From positions 192,001 to 256,000 of the forward strand of contig JAHPZA010000009.1 of assembly GCA_019058445.1 (NCBI GenBank): 64,000 nt of DNA, in the 5' to 3' direction. Below the pieces are notes generated by a model. That model was not told the DNA's origin. It made no database searches and saw only the letters and a list, made by a program, of their open reading frames with translations. Position 1 is the first letter of the stretch. Each line of letters starts with the position of its first letter. Shown here piece after piece: positions 20,560 through 30,571 of this stretch. The stretch comes from Promethearchaeota archaeon (GTDB taxonomy: Archaea; Asgardarchaeota; Lokiarchaeia; Sigyniarchaeales; SOKP01). Position numbers and translations under genes: made by a program.

Positions 20560-21498
20560 ATGATCCCTATTAATTCATTTCCAATTTGGAGAAAATTTTT
20601 TGATTTTAAGAAATACTCCGAATTGGTTGATAATAGTATTATTCAAATTACTGAAGACTTTAATGCAAGATATAAATTTATTGAAAAAGAAAACGCAAAA
20701 GATATTTTTTGGAAATTAGCAACATTGCAGAAAGAATTAGATCCGAATAATTGTTATGATATTTTTGCGTTATTTATTGGAAGAATGCTATTCTATGAAA
20801 TTCTTAAAAAAGAAAAAAGTAATGTTGAAGAACAATATCAAATCCATAAAGAATGGTTTGAATATATATCTAGACGAATCAAACCTCATGTAGCAAAATT
20901 ATCTGAAAAATTTTTACGGATATTATTCTCTTATTACCCCGCTGGAGATATTACAGAAGGAGTTTCGAAGTTAGAAATGACAAAAGATATGATTGAAGAA
21001 TTTGATATTCTTAATGTCCTCGTGAATCCAAGAATAAATGCATATAAAAAAGTTCGGGCTTTTAAAGAACAATATATGAACTTTTATGATCTCTTTTTAG
21101 ATCGATGTAAGTTAATTGGTGATGAACTGTCTAGATATGAAGGAAATAGGAAAGTTGGTAGATATGGAAAGGATCCTTATAACATTTTCCAATTAAGAAA
21201 TAATAATCAATATACACCTCCAGATTTTATCAAAGATATGATAATTGAACTTGTCCATATAAGAAATGCTTGTGCTCATTTGGGGATAACAGTCTTAAAC
21301 GAAAATGAAGTACAAATTATTGATAGATATCCTAATGGTGAAATAAGCTTTAATGAGACAGTTCAAATAAAAGATTTAATCATATATTTTATTAGATTAT
21401 TTTCACTTGATAAAGAATTTGAGAATTTAGCATTACTAATATATATAATTGGCTGGTTAAATGAAATAAGCCTAAAGAGAACTGAAGAGTCTAAATAA
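20560..21498 (+). CDS. HEPN-like domain protein
   Basis: IRNACAH RxxxxH motif in the C-terminal helical domain. Confidence 0.65.
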   Translation: MIPINSFPIWRKFFDFKKYSELVDNSIIQITEDFNARYKFIEKENAKDIFWKLATLQKELDPNNCYDIFALFIGRMLFYEILKKEKSNVEEQYQIHKEWFEYISRRIKPHVAKLSEKFLRILFSYYPAGDITEGVSKLEMTKDMIEEFDILNVLVNPRINAYKKVRAFKEQYMNFYDLFLDRCKLIGDELSRYEGNRKVGRYGKDPYNIFQLRNNNQYTPPDFIKDMIIELVHIRNACAHLGITVLNENEVQIIDRYPNGEISFNETVQIKDLIIYFIRLFSLDKEFENLALLIYIIGWLNEISLKRTEESK

Positions 21499-21578
21499 CT
21501 TTTATTATAAGGTTTTCTAAAAAGGTATTCACAGTATCCCAACAGTTATCTTAGAATTTTTCCCTTAATTCTCTTTTT

Positions 21579-21821
21579 TCAAATAATTTTTAAATCGGAT
21601 TTGATACTCTTTCTAATTTTTTGAAGAAGATCTATTGCTTCTTGAACTTTCGATTTAGCTTGTACCGTTAAATCCTTATCGGCTTTCAAATTAAATAAGG
21701 TCATGTTGGGAATGTCTTTTCGCAATTCGTTTAAATTTTCCATTATCATATCGACATTTTCAATTTCTTCAATTAGTTGTTTTTTGGTAATAATATGACT
21801 TTTAGTTATTCTTTCAATCAT
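21579..21821 (-). CDS. Small coiled-coil hypothetical protein
   Basis: 80-aa helical ORF. Confidence 0.5.
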   Translation of the reverse strand: MIERITKSHIITKKQLIEEIENVDMIMENLNELRKDIPNMTLFNLKADKDLTVQAKSKVQEAIDLLQKIRKSIKSDLKII

Positions 21822-22175
21822 TTCTTAATATTCTAAATTTCCTATGTTTACAAGAATATCTAAAAAAACCTATTTAAAGTAAGAATTAGAAATAAGAATA
21901 GTTCATAGAGGTATGTAATGTTGAGTATCAATTTATTGGAAAATACTTGATATATCTATAAAATATTAAATTAGATGATCATAGAATAAAGATAGACAAT
22001 AATTTATCGGTAAATTTTAGGACTTGTCTAATTATTGCTTTTATCCCTTCTATTATCAATATAATACACTTTTTTTGTATTAATTTTACGGGTATCAATT
22101 TCAATACAGTAACTAAAAAAATAATTCAAAAGGTTATGGATTTTTTTTTAAATAGTCACTCTTATTTTTATTAGA

Positions 22176-23561
22176 ACCTTTAGGGATATTTCATCAATAA
22201 AATATCAAAATCAAATAAAATTATTAGCAGAAAAATTAAGAATAAAGCCCTTACCTAAAAATATCTTGAATATTGAAATATCTGCACTTTTTTTTTACCA
22301 AGCAAAAGAAGTTTATTTAAAGAATAATGGTAAAATTTTCTTTGTAATAACCAAAGGAGTGATAACAGGTTCCCATACTTCTCGTTTTCGCAATTTTAGA
22401 GGATATAAAAACGTTAAAATATGGAGCTTTGAACCCCGGTTAGAGAAATTGTTCAATATTGGTTTCATCTGCTTATTTGCCCAGAAATCAGAAAATACCT
22501 CAAAACTTTACAATAAAAAAATTACACATTTTCACGTTGAATTAAAAAACGAAGCTTACCAGATTGAATATTTTAGTAAGTTGGAATTGAAAATTGTAGA
22601 GAAAGATGTATTATTACCTTATTTTATTGAGAAAAGAGGAAAGAAAATCTTTACAAAGAAACTCATTCCACAAAAATTGTCTAAGGATCTTTTACCATAT
22701 GCTGAAAGTGTATATAAAAAATTGTTTCATAAGGGGGCAGATATAAATCCCAGAAATCTCATATTTGTGAACTATGAAGAAATTGAAGATAATTTAATTA
22801 AAATAAACCCAGATAAAAGAATATTTAAGAGAGCTAAAGCTCCATGGAATCTGAAAGAGTTCAATGATGAAATTGTAGAGAAAAAATATATTTTTAAAGT
22901 TATCAAAAGCACGGAGTTAGTTAAATTTCAAGTATTTGACTATTATAATGTTTTCTTACCTCTTTCTAATGGAAATTTTAATTACGATTATAATGAATTA
23001 ACTGATAATGCTAAGCGTTTTTATAATAAAATCAATCAGGTTTATTTAAAAAAAAAGAAATCTACCACAAAACATTCATCACTTTTAGAAAATCTTAATC
23101 GATGGTCGAAGTTGATAAATCAGCGTCAGCAATCGAAAATAAAATGTGTATATAATAATTCGGGATCAATTTTGAATTCTGCAGTGGTTTTAGGAGATTT
23201 TTTAGTAACCGGGGATTTATCTTTTTATGATACAGATAGCCTTGATGAAGCTTATTATTTGTCATCAATATTAAATTCAAATTTAATGCAAAAGCAAGTT
23301 AAAATAAGAAAGAGTTCCAGACATATTTTTAAAATTCCCTTTGAAATTCCAATTGAAAAATATAATACACACAACAAAAATCATAAGCATTTAGCAGAGA
23401 TTGGAAAGCAGTGTCAAAAAATTGCAGAAAAAACAACAAAAAAGTTGATGTTAAAGAGTTCTCATAATATTTCAAAGATTAAACTTCAAAAGGCACTTAA
23501 AAACAGATTAAATCCTCTTCTAACGCAAATAGATGAGATATTAAAATTAGAGTTTAACTGA
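22176..23561 (+). pseudogene. 5'-truncated N6-adenine methyltransferase/type IIG restriction-modification gene (end of MTase + target-recognition region)
   Basis: Frame reads TFRDISS...LFFYQAKEVYLKNNGKIFFV...YYLSSILNS; no NPPW/Y or SAM-binding motif I; in-frame stop at 22149. Confidence 0.65.
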
Positions 23562-23639
23562 TTAATATTTCTAAGGGGATTCTGTAGAACGAATGATTAA
23601 AAATACCAAAATTAATAAAATTAAATCATTATTAATTAC

Positions 23640-24188
23640 ATGAGTACTCATCAAAACGGGGATCTATTCATGAATAAATTTTTTCTGTTCAAAATACTTA
23701 TCGGTGGCGATGCAAGTGTAGGTAAAACGACACTGTTGCGCAGATTCGTAGATGGCATGTTTGATGAGAGCACCATTATGACTGTGGGTGTTGATTTTTT
23801 TATAAAACAAATGAGTTTCGACGGTGTGAATTGTGCACTTCAACTCTGGGATTTAGGCGGTCAAGAACAATTTAGGCATCTTATGTCTAGTTATGTAATG
23901 GGGGCGAGGGGCGCATTACTTTTAATAGATTTAACTCGAATGCCAGAATTGAATAGAGTGTTAGAATGGGTAAATATAATTAGAATGCACGATATCGATC
24001 TTCCGATAATACTCGTAGGAACCAAATTAGATCTCGAGGAAATGATAGCGATAGATGATGAAATAGCCTTAAACATCAAGGACACATTTAATATGATTGA
24101 TTATGTAAAAACTTCTTCTAAAACTGGGCACAATGTTGAGAAAGCATTTAAAATAATGGCTGAAAGGTTGATTCATATTAAAGAGTAG
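23640..24188 (+). CDS. Rab-like small GTPase
   Basis: GDASVGKT, TVGVDF, WDLGGQEQF, TKLD, TSSK. Confidence 0.92.
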   Translation: MSTHQNGDLFMNKFFLFKILIGGDASVGKTTLLRRFVDGMFDESTIMTVGVDFFIKQMSFDGVNCALQLWDLGGQEQFRHLMSSYVMGARGALLLIDLTRMPELNRVLEWVNIIRMHDIDLPIILVGTKLDLEEMIAIDDEIALNIKDTFNMIDYVKTSSKTGHNVEKAFKIMAERLIHIKE

Positions 24189-24295
24189 TAGAAATTTCTT
24201 TATTCAAGTTTTATTCTATGATTTAAAATCATAAAAATTATTTTCTTTAAACCCATTCAATTTAAATATACAAAAAAAACTTAAAAATTCGCATT

Positions 24296-25105
24296 ATGGA
24301 AGATGAAATAGTTATTCTTGGTTCTGGTGGGGGTAGACATCATATCAGAACGCAACATAGAGCTACCGGAGGGATATTATTCAAATTTAACGGTATTCAA
24401 GCTCATATAGATCCAGGACCAGGTGCAATAGTGAGATTAAATCAATACCATGAAGATCCGACGAAAACAGAAATGTTTATCGTAACGCACGTTCACATAG
24501 ATCATTTCAACGATTTAAGCGCAATTATTGAATCTTCCCGGGAATCTCTTCACGATAAAAAGTATGATTACTTCAGAAAGGGGATTTTACTTACTACGAA
24601 TGAAACTTTAAGATATGTTTCTGACTATCATTTAAATATGCTTGAAAAGGTCGTTCCTTTTAAAGCTGGAGATATCTTTCATTATAAAGGTGTAAAAATA
24701 ATTGGAACAAAAGTTTTACATTCACCAAAAAATGAAGGATTTGGCGTAAAATTCAATTTACAGGATTATTCAATTGCTTTTTCGAGCGATACAATGGTTT
24801 TTGATGGTTTTTCAGAGCAATTTTCAGGTGCAAATATCTTAATATTAAATTTATTAAGACCAGACTCAGTTACTTGCAAGCGACATTTATGCACAGATGA
24901 GGTTATTCCATATTTGAATAAATTAGAACCCTGTCTTGATGCTCTCATCATCACTCATTTTGGATCTTATATGGATGGACCACGATCTGAAAGAAATCAT
25001 GTTCCTAGTCAAGTGAAAAAATTTAAAGAGAAAACTAAAATAAAAAAAGTAATCCCTGCCGAAGATGGATTAAAAATTAAAATTTCTGATTTACTAAATA
25101 AATAA
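24296..25105 (+). CDS. MBL-fold metallo-hydrolase
   Basis: THVHIDH, DPGPG, SSDT, THFG. Confidence 0.88.
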   Translation: MEDEIVILGSGGGRHHIRTQHRATGGILFKFNGIQAHIDPGPGAIVRLNQYHEDPTKTEMFIVTHVHIDHFNDLSAIIESSRESLHDKKYDYFRKGILLTTNETLRYVSDYHLNMLEKVVPFKAGDIFHYKGVKIIGTKVLHSPKNEGFGVKFNLQDYSIAFSSDTMVFDGFSEQFSGANILILNLLRPDSVTCKRHLCTDEVIPYLNKLEPCLDALIITHFGSYMDGPRSERNHVPSQVKKFKEKTKIKKVIPAEDGLKIKISDLLNK

Positions 25106-25268
25106 AATCTAATTTTACATGAAATTTCTTTCTGAAATCGTCTTGAAAATTACCTTCTAAATGTGAGTACTATAAGAACATAAAATGAAATAATAATTGT
25201 ATCTTTTTATATTAAGATACTTATATGTAATCAAGGAAGGGAAATTACGTAATGATTAACAGGTCAAA

Positions 25269-25289
25269 ACATTGGATTTCGCCCTCTAT
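25269..25289 (-). repeat. Dispersed IS-end-like motif, copy C
   Basis: Reverse complement atagagggcgaaatccaatgt matches copies A and B. Confidence 0.7.
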
Positions 25290-25406
25290 TAAACTCAATG
25301 GAGTTTAATTCTCTCCCTAATTTTTTACATAAATAGGCCTGCTTTTCGCTACCCTTCACTTTTTTTCTTAAAAATAAATTAGTGTCTTAAGAGAGTTAAT
25401 CACATT

Positions 25407-26828
25407 TTATGATTGTTCATTTTTTATTTTGTTAATAATTCCATGGGCAGCAATAATTCCGGTAACAGCAGCTCCAATAATACCTCTCGACATTCCGGCT
25501 CCATCACCCGCAAAAAAAAGATTTTTAATTTTTTTAGATTCCAAAAACGAGTTTGTATCTATTCTTTTAGCACTGCGTTTAAATTCAGGGGCATATATTA
25601 AAGTGCTGTTATTATTTACTCCTGGAATTACTTTATCAAGAATCTCTAAACCTTCTATAATATCTTTTACGAAGCGATAAGGATATGCCATAGCTATATC
25701 CCCGGGAGTGGCATCTTTTAAAGTGGGTTGTACTGGATTACGTTCAATTAAGGATTTTCTGGAACGATGGCCTCTTCGCAAATCTCCAAGAGTTTGAATT
25801 AATGGTTTATATCCTCCAAGAATCGATGTTTGTTTCGCAATTGATCGTCCATATTCAGTAGTATCTTCGAGCGGAGATGTGAGTTGTTGTCGGATGAGAA
25901 ATGCAAAATTACTATTTTCAGATTTACCTTCAGTGGTAAGTTGATGACCATTTACACCTGCTATTTTTTCGCTATATGTTTCTTTTACTACATAGCCTTT
26001 ATGATTAACGCAAAACGTACGTACAAAATCATCATATGTATGAGTTATAATATGAAATTTTGGATCTCTTTGAATATGACATACTTGTTCCATAATAATT
26101 GCTGGTACCTCAACTCGTACCCCTATATCTAATGGCTCATAAAATGTTTTAATATCTAATTTATCGCATTGTTCTGCGAGCCAAATCATGCCCCAACGAC
26201 CGGGAGCAATAAGTAAATAATCAAAATTTTCTTTCTTTTCACCATCAAAATATAGATTTCCTTGCTCGTCGAACGTAGTTACTTTTGTATTGGGAATGAT
26301 TTCAATACTATAATTCGATTCAAGAAACTTTTGAATTGATCTAATTATATCAGCTGTTTTTTGGGACCCCAAAAGTCTTTGTTTAACTGGAACAAATCTA
26401 ATATCAACGGATGCACACCTACGCCTTAATTCTTTCAATTTTTCTTTTTTTTCTTTTTCAAGGGGATCAAAGATCTTATTGGGAGCGCCATTTTGAACAA
26501 AAAATTCATCAATTTGCTGAATGATTTTATCTGCGTTAAGATTAGCATTTTCACACAATTCTCCAAGGTTTCCACCAATATTTTTATTTAAATTTAAGAT
26601 CCCTGAAGAAAAACATCCTGCTCCACCCACACCGCTCATAATCCTACACGGATCACATAAAGCACATGCGAGTTCTTCTTCTTTAATAGGGCAATGTCTA
26701 TTTTCTATTTTAGGTCCTTGTTCAAAAATAGATATATCCACAGTTTCTACACCAGCCTTTCCAAGTTCATTTGCAGCAAATAAACCAGCTGAACCTGCTC
26801 CCACAATCCCTATTTTAATTGTTGTCAT
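25407..26828 (-). CDS. FAD-dependent oxidoreductase (COG2509-like)
   Basis: GAGSAG Rossmann motif, Cys cluster CALCDPC, GVGGAG, VRTFC, AGDGAG. Confidence 0.88.
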   Translation of the reverse strand: MTTIKIGIVGAGSAGLFAANELGKAGVETVDISIFEQGPKIENRHCPIKEEELACALCDPCRIMSGVGGAGCFSSGILNLNKNIGGNLGELCENANLNADKIIQQIDEFFVQNGAPNKIFDPLEKEKKEKLKELRRRCASVDIRFVPVKQRLLGSQKTADIIRSIQKFLESNYSIEIIPNTKVTTFDEQGNLYFDGEKKENFDYLLIAPGRWGMIWLAEQCDKLDIKTFYEPLDIGVRVEVPAIIMEQVCHIQRDPKFHIITHTYDDFVRTFCVNHKGYVVKETYSEKIAGVNGHQLTTEGKSENSNFAFLIRQQLTSPLEDTTEYGRSIAKQTSILGGYKPLIQTLGDLRRGHRSRKSLIERNPVQPTLKDATPGDIAMAYPYRFVKDIIEGLEILDKVIPGVNNNSTLIYAPEFKRSAKRIDTNSFLESKKIKNLFFAGDGAGMSRGIIGAAVTGIIAAHGIINKIKNEQS

Positions 26829-26953
26829 ATCTAATCATTTAATTTACTTAAATTTCCTTCTTGCTTAAAAACTCTTAAATGTTAAAATATTCTATAATAG
26901 TGAGGATTCAAATAGAATAAATAATTTATAATTTAATTCAGTATGAAAAGATC

Positions 26954-27091
26954 TTAGTCTTCATTCTCAGATTTCTTTCCAACAATATTAAAATCAATGA
27001 TTTTATCATTGGGTGGTCTTTGTTCTTTGATCAGAGAATCTTCCACTCCAATTATTTTAGGATGAGGTTTTTCTGAATTTTTCTCGCCCAA
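26954..27091 (-). CDS. Small hypothetical protein (45 aa)
   Basis: TTG start after a GGGGA RBS-like sequence; MGEKNSEKPHPKIIGVEDSLIKEQRPPNDKIIDFNIVGKKSENED. Confidence 0.4.
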   Translation of the reverse strand: MGEKNSEKPHPKIIGVEDSLIKEQRPPNDKIIDFNIVGKKSENED

Positions 27092-27378
27092 TTGAATCCC
27101 CAATTTGTATTATATATTTAATATGAAGATAATTTTATTTTTTTTTTAATGATGATTATATTAAAGTCAAACTCAAATTTAAATTAAAACATAGCGATAA
27201 TTTAAGAAGAAATAATAGATAATCAACATCATATCAAGATTTAAGTATGTCCATCCATAATTTAGAAGATTAAATTAGTGCGTTATTGATAAATCACTAA
27301 AAAAACTTTTATAATCATCTTGATATATTCTTAATATTAAATATTTCATAATAGAGGTTACCAATATATTCGTAAATT

Positions 27379-28332
27379 ATGATATCTAGAATTCTGATTA
27401 TGGCTCCGGGAGGTGTAATTTAGAAAGAATTCCTTTCTAAACGCTACCTCTGCTACAGCAAGAACTTTATCGGAGACATGCAAAAGGATGATAATTTAAT
27501 CGAAGAAGATTTAGTTGGGGGATTTCTTAATGCTATTAGTAGTTTTGCACAAGAAATACAAGGCGGAGCCATAGAGTCTTTAAATTTTAGAAATTTCGAT
27601 TTCATTTATTCATATGATGAAGAATTTGGGTGTATGTTTGTACTAGTTATAGACATCGGTGATCCAGAAGAGGTAGTGAGAGAAAAACTTGAACTTATGA
27701 AAAACAAGTTCATGGAAAGATATAGAGAAGAGATACGAACATTTAGTGGATGCATTTCTGTTTTTGATGAGTTTGATGAATTTGTAGAAGAGAATATATT
27801 TATACCACCAAAAGTATTATTAGTAGGTGAGCCGGGGGTTGGGAAAACAACGATTATGAATTTATTTCCCGGAGAGACAATCTTAGAATTAGATGAGGAT
27901 TTAAACGAGATCATTCAAAAACCAATAGATAATATTAATTTAAGAAGCATAAAACAAATTACATTAAGGGAAATGGACTTAAGTGAATTAGTGGATAAAT
28001 CAAAACTATATAGACCTCTATTAAACTCGATAGATGCCATTTGTATAGTTTCTAACTCAGCAGCCAGTAATTTGTCTAGAACAAAGAATTTATTTTCTCG
28101 ATTAAAACCATTAGTGAAAAATACTGATTTCTATTTAATCGCAAATTTCCAAGATTTAAAAGAATACGCTTTTGAACCAAAGAAAATCGAAGATATGTTT
28201 GACGGGATAAAGACCTATGGATATTCAGCAACTCAAGATGATGCGAAAAGTAATTTTCTTCAGATATTGACAGAAATCTTAGAAAAATCTGTAGTCGAAA
28301 AGATTGAAATGAAACAAAAAAATTCATCTTGA
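27379..28332 (+). CDS. Longin-domain + small-GTPase fusion; exons 27379-27417 and 27448-28332
   Basis: Spliced N-terminus MISRILIMAPGGV|LCYSKNF...EEDLVGGFLNAISSFAQE (longin); GEPGVGKT P-loop, ANFQD, SAT. Confidence 0.8.
27418..27447 (+). other. Putative bulge-helix-bulge (EndA-type) mRNA intron, 30 nt, with in-frame TAG
   Basis: Central helix GGUG(27412-15)/CGCU(27442-45); 3-nt bulges UAA(27416-18) and ACC(27446-48); 9-bp intron stem UUUAGAAAG/CUUUCUAAA; canonical cut positions give an in-frame junction. Confidence 0.75.
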
Positions 28333-28390
28333 TGGAAACTTCATATGTTTTAGATTTTAATTAAAGTTTTTAACGAAATTTGATATAATC

Positions 28391-28879
28391 ATGAGTCTTC
28401 CAGATAAATACGTATTCCCCGTTTATATCTATAAGGACATCTTAGACGAAATTAAAAATGTGTGCAAAAAAGCGAAATTAGAAGTTTTTGGATATTTAAT
28501 AGGGACTATTCATACATGGAATAAAAAAACCTACATAATTATTGAGGACCAACTCTTTCTCATAGGAGCAGTCCATAGTGATAAATATTCAACTTCCCAA
28601 ATAGAGGGAACCGCGGGAAAATACGAGAAAAAATTTCAAAAATTAAAACGTAAAAAAAATAATCAAGAACTGAGAATTGTTGGATGGTGGCATTCACATC
28701 CAGGATTTTCCTGTTTCCTTTCAAGAACGGACCTTCATACGCAAGAAGCTTTTTTTTATGAATCCTACCAAGTCGCATTAGTAGTTGATCCGATTAAAAA
28801 AGAGCTTGCATTCTTTACCTTAGATGGAAAATCAGATAATAGATATAAAGAAATTAGCTATGCAGTTATAAAACCATAG
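28391..28879 (+). CDS. JAB1/MPN (JAMM) metalloprotease, deubiquitinase-like
   Basis: EVFGYLIG; GWWHSHPGFSCFLSRTD (HxHx7Sx2D). Confidence 0.92.
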   Translation: MSLPDKYVFPVYIYKDILDEIKNVCKKAKLEVFGYLIGTIHTWNKKTYIIIEDQLFLIGAVHSDKYSTSQIEGTAGKYEKKFQKLKRKKNNQELRIVGWWHSHPGFSCFLSRTDLHTQEAFFYESYQVALVVDPIKKELAFFTLDGKSDNRYKEISYAVIKP

Positions 28880-28915
28880 TATTAAATATAAAATTAAATC
28901 ATAATATGTTTCCCT

Positions 28916-29794
28916 ATGAAGTTATCTGAAAATAAAGATGAGGAAGACTTTGAAGTTATATCTGAAGTATCGATTGATGATGATAAATATGATAGGCAAA
29001 AACGAATTGTAGGATGGGATCAAAGCAAAATATCGAACGCTACAGTAATGGTTGTTGGAGCTGGGGCAACGGGTAATGAACTGATCAAGAATTTAGTATT
29101 AACTGGAATCGGAAAACTAATTTTAATCGACTATGATACAATAAACATCTCTAATCTTAATCGATGCGTATTATTTGACAAAAAAAGTGCTAAAAAACAA
29201 GAGTATAAAGTAGACGTAGTGAAAAAGGCGGTAAAAAATTTAGGAGAAACAGAAATAGTTGCACTAAAGGAAGATTTAAATGATATTGATAAAGATTTCT
29301 ATAAAAAGTCTGATGTGATATGTTCTTGCGTAGACAATATTGAAGCTCGACTCCAATCAAATAATTATGCCTATTACTACGGAATTCCTTTCATAGATTC
29401 TGGGATAGATGAATTTTACGGAACGGTTCAGGCAGTCTATTCTGAAGTTAAGGATGCTGCCTGTATGCAATGTGGTGTTTCAGGTATGGATTTGGATCTT
29501 ATGTGGCAAAAATATTCCTGCACTGGTCAGGAGATTGAATCTGAAAATGGGGAAACTATCGGGAAAATGGCAACTCTTATCACCACCACTGCTATTATTG
29601 GGGGTATACAATCTCAACAAGTAATAAAATTCTTACTGGGATTAGATTATTTTAAAAAAACTGGAAAATGGAATCCAAATATTGGAGAACCTTTAATTGG
29701 TAAGCAACTTAACTATAATGGCTTAACCAATTCATTTGAAATTATAAACAAGATAAAAAATGAAGAATGTTGGGTGTGCTCTTATAAAAAGTAA
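28916..29794 (+). CDS. Ubiquitin-activating E1-like (ThiF-family) enzyme
   Basis: YDRQ, GAGATG, SNLNR, CMQC...CWVC zinc site, putative catalytic Cys in YSCT. Confidence 0.9.
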   Translation: MKLSENKDEEDFEVISEVSIDDDKYDRQKRIVGWDQSKISNATVMVVGAGATGNELIKNLVLTGIGKLILIDYDTINISNLNRCVLFDKKSAKKQEYKVDVVKKAVKNLGETEIVALKEDLNDIDKDFYKKSDVICSCVDNIEARLQSNNYAYYYGIPFIDSGIDEFYGTVQAVYSEVKDAACMQCGVSGMDLDLMWQKYSCTGQEIESENGETIGKMATLITTTAIIGGIQSQQVIKFLLGLDYFKKTGKWNPNIGEPLIGKQLNYNGLTNSFEIINKIKNEECWVCSYKK

Positions 29795-29926
29795 ATATTT
29801 TTTTATATAATAGACCAAAATCAAAATAATATAAAGTTATTATTATAAACGAAAAAAATATATTTTTTAATATAAATTGTCATTATTAATAAAACAAATG
29901 GGTTAGGAATTAAAGAGGGTAATCAT

Positions 29927-30508
29927 ATGAGTCCAGAACTACCTCAAGAGATATGGAAAGACAGGCTCGAAAATGAGATTAAAGGATTAAGGAACTTAGC
30001 TGTTATTGAAGAAAATTCAATTATCAGAGAAGAAAACAGCATAGAGATAATGATTGATATTAAGGCTCTAGGGTTTGAATATGTAAAAGATAGTGAGGGG
30101 ATTGATTTAGTTCCGAAATGGAACCATCGAGTATTTTTAAAAATAAATAGAAGTTTTCCCTATCCAGGTGGTATTGATTTTGCTTGGTATTCTGATATAT
30201 TTCATCCTAATATTCATCCAGTTGAGTTATCTACTTCCGATCAACCTGGTACGGGGTACATATGTTTAAATGTGTTAAAGAAATGGTCCCGATTATCTGA
30301 TTTAGAAACAACGGTGAAAGCACTGAAATTGCTTGTAGAAAATCCAAATCCAGATGATCCATTGAATTATCCAATCTGCGGAGAGGCGGCTGAATTTTTC
30401 AAACAAAATACTATGGATGAGCTAAAAGTACAATATAATATTAAGGAGGAAGAAGAAAAAAAAGAAACTACAGAAGAATCTGATGATATTATTATTATTG
30501 ATGATTAA
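29927..30508 (+). CDS. Ubiquitin-conjugating E2 enzyme
   Basis: FHPNI...GYICLNVL..W; NPNPDDPLN; acidic tail. Confidence 0.92.
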   Translation: MSPELPQEIWKDRLENEIKGLRNLAVIEENSIIREENSIEIMIDIKALGFEYVKDSEGIDLVPKWNHRVFLKINRSFPYPGGIDFAWYSDIFHPNIHPVELSTSDQPGTGYICLNVLKKWSRLSDLETTVKALKLLVENPNPDDPLNYPICGEAAEFFKQNTMDELKVQYNIKEEEEKKETTEESDDIIIIDD

Positions 30509-30571
30509 AATAGTGTTTTATATCTAATTTACTTAAAATATCGTAAAAATAAGGAAAAAAAGAGGGTATTT

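Noticed and set aside
27421-27423. In-frame TAG as pyrrolysine or stop-codon readthrough
   Set aside because: Readthrough would insert 10 residues into the GGV-LCY longin motif, TAG is used as an ordinary stop elsewhere in the window, no pyl genes are visible, and BHB excision explains the insert exactly
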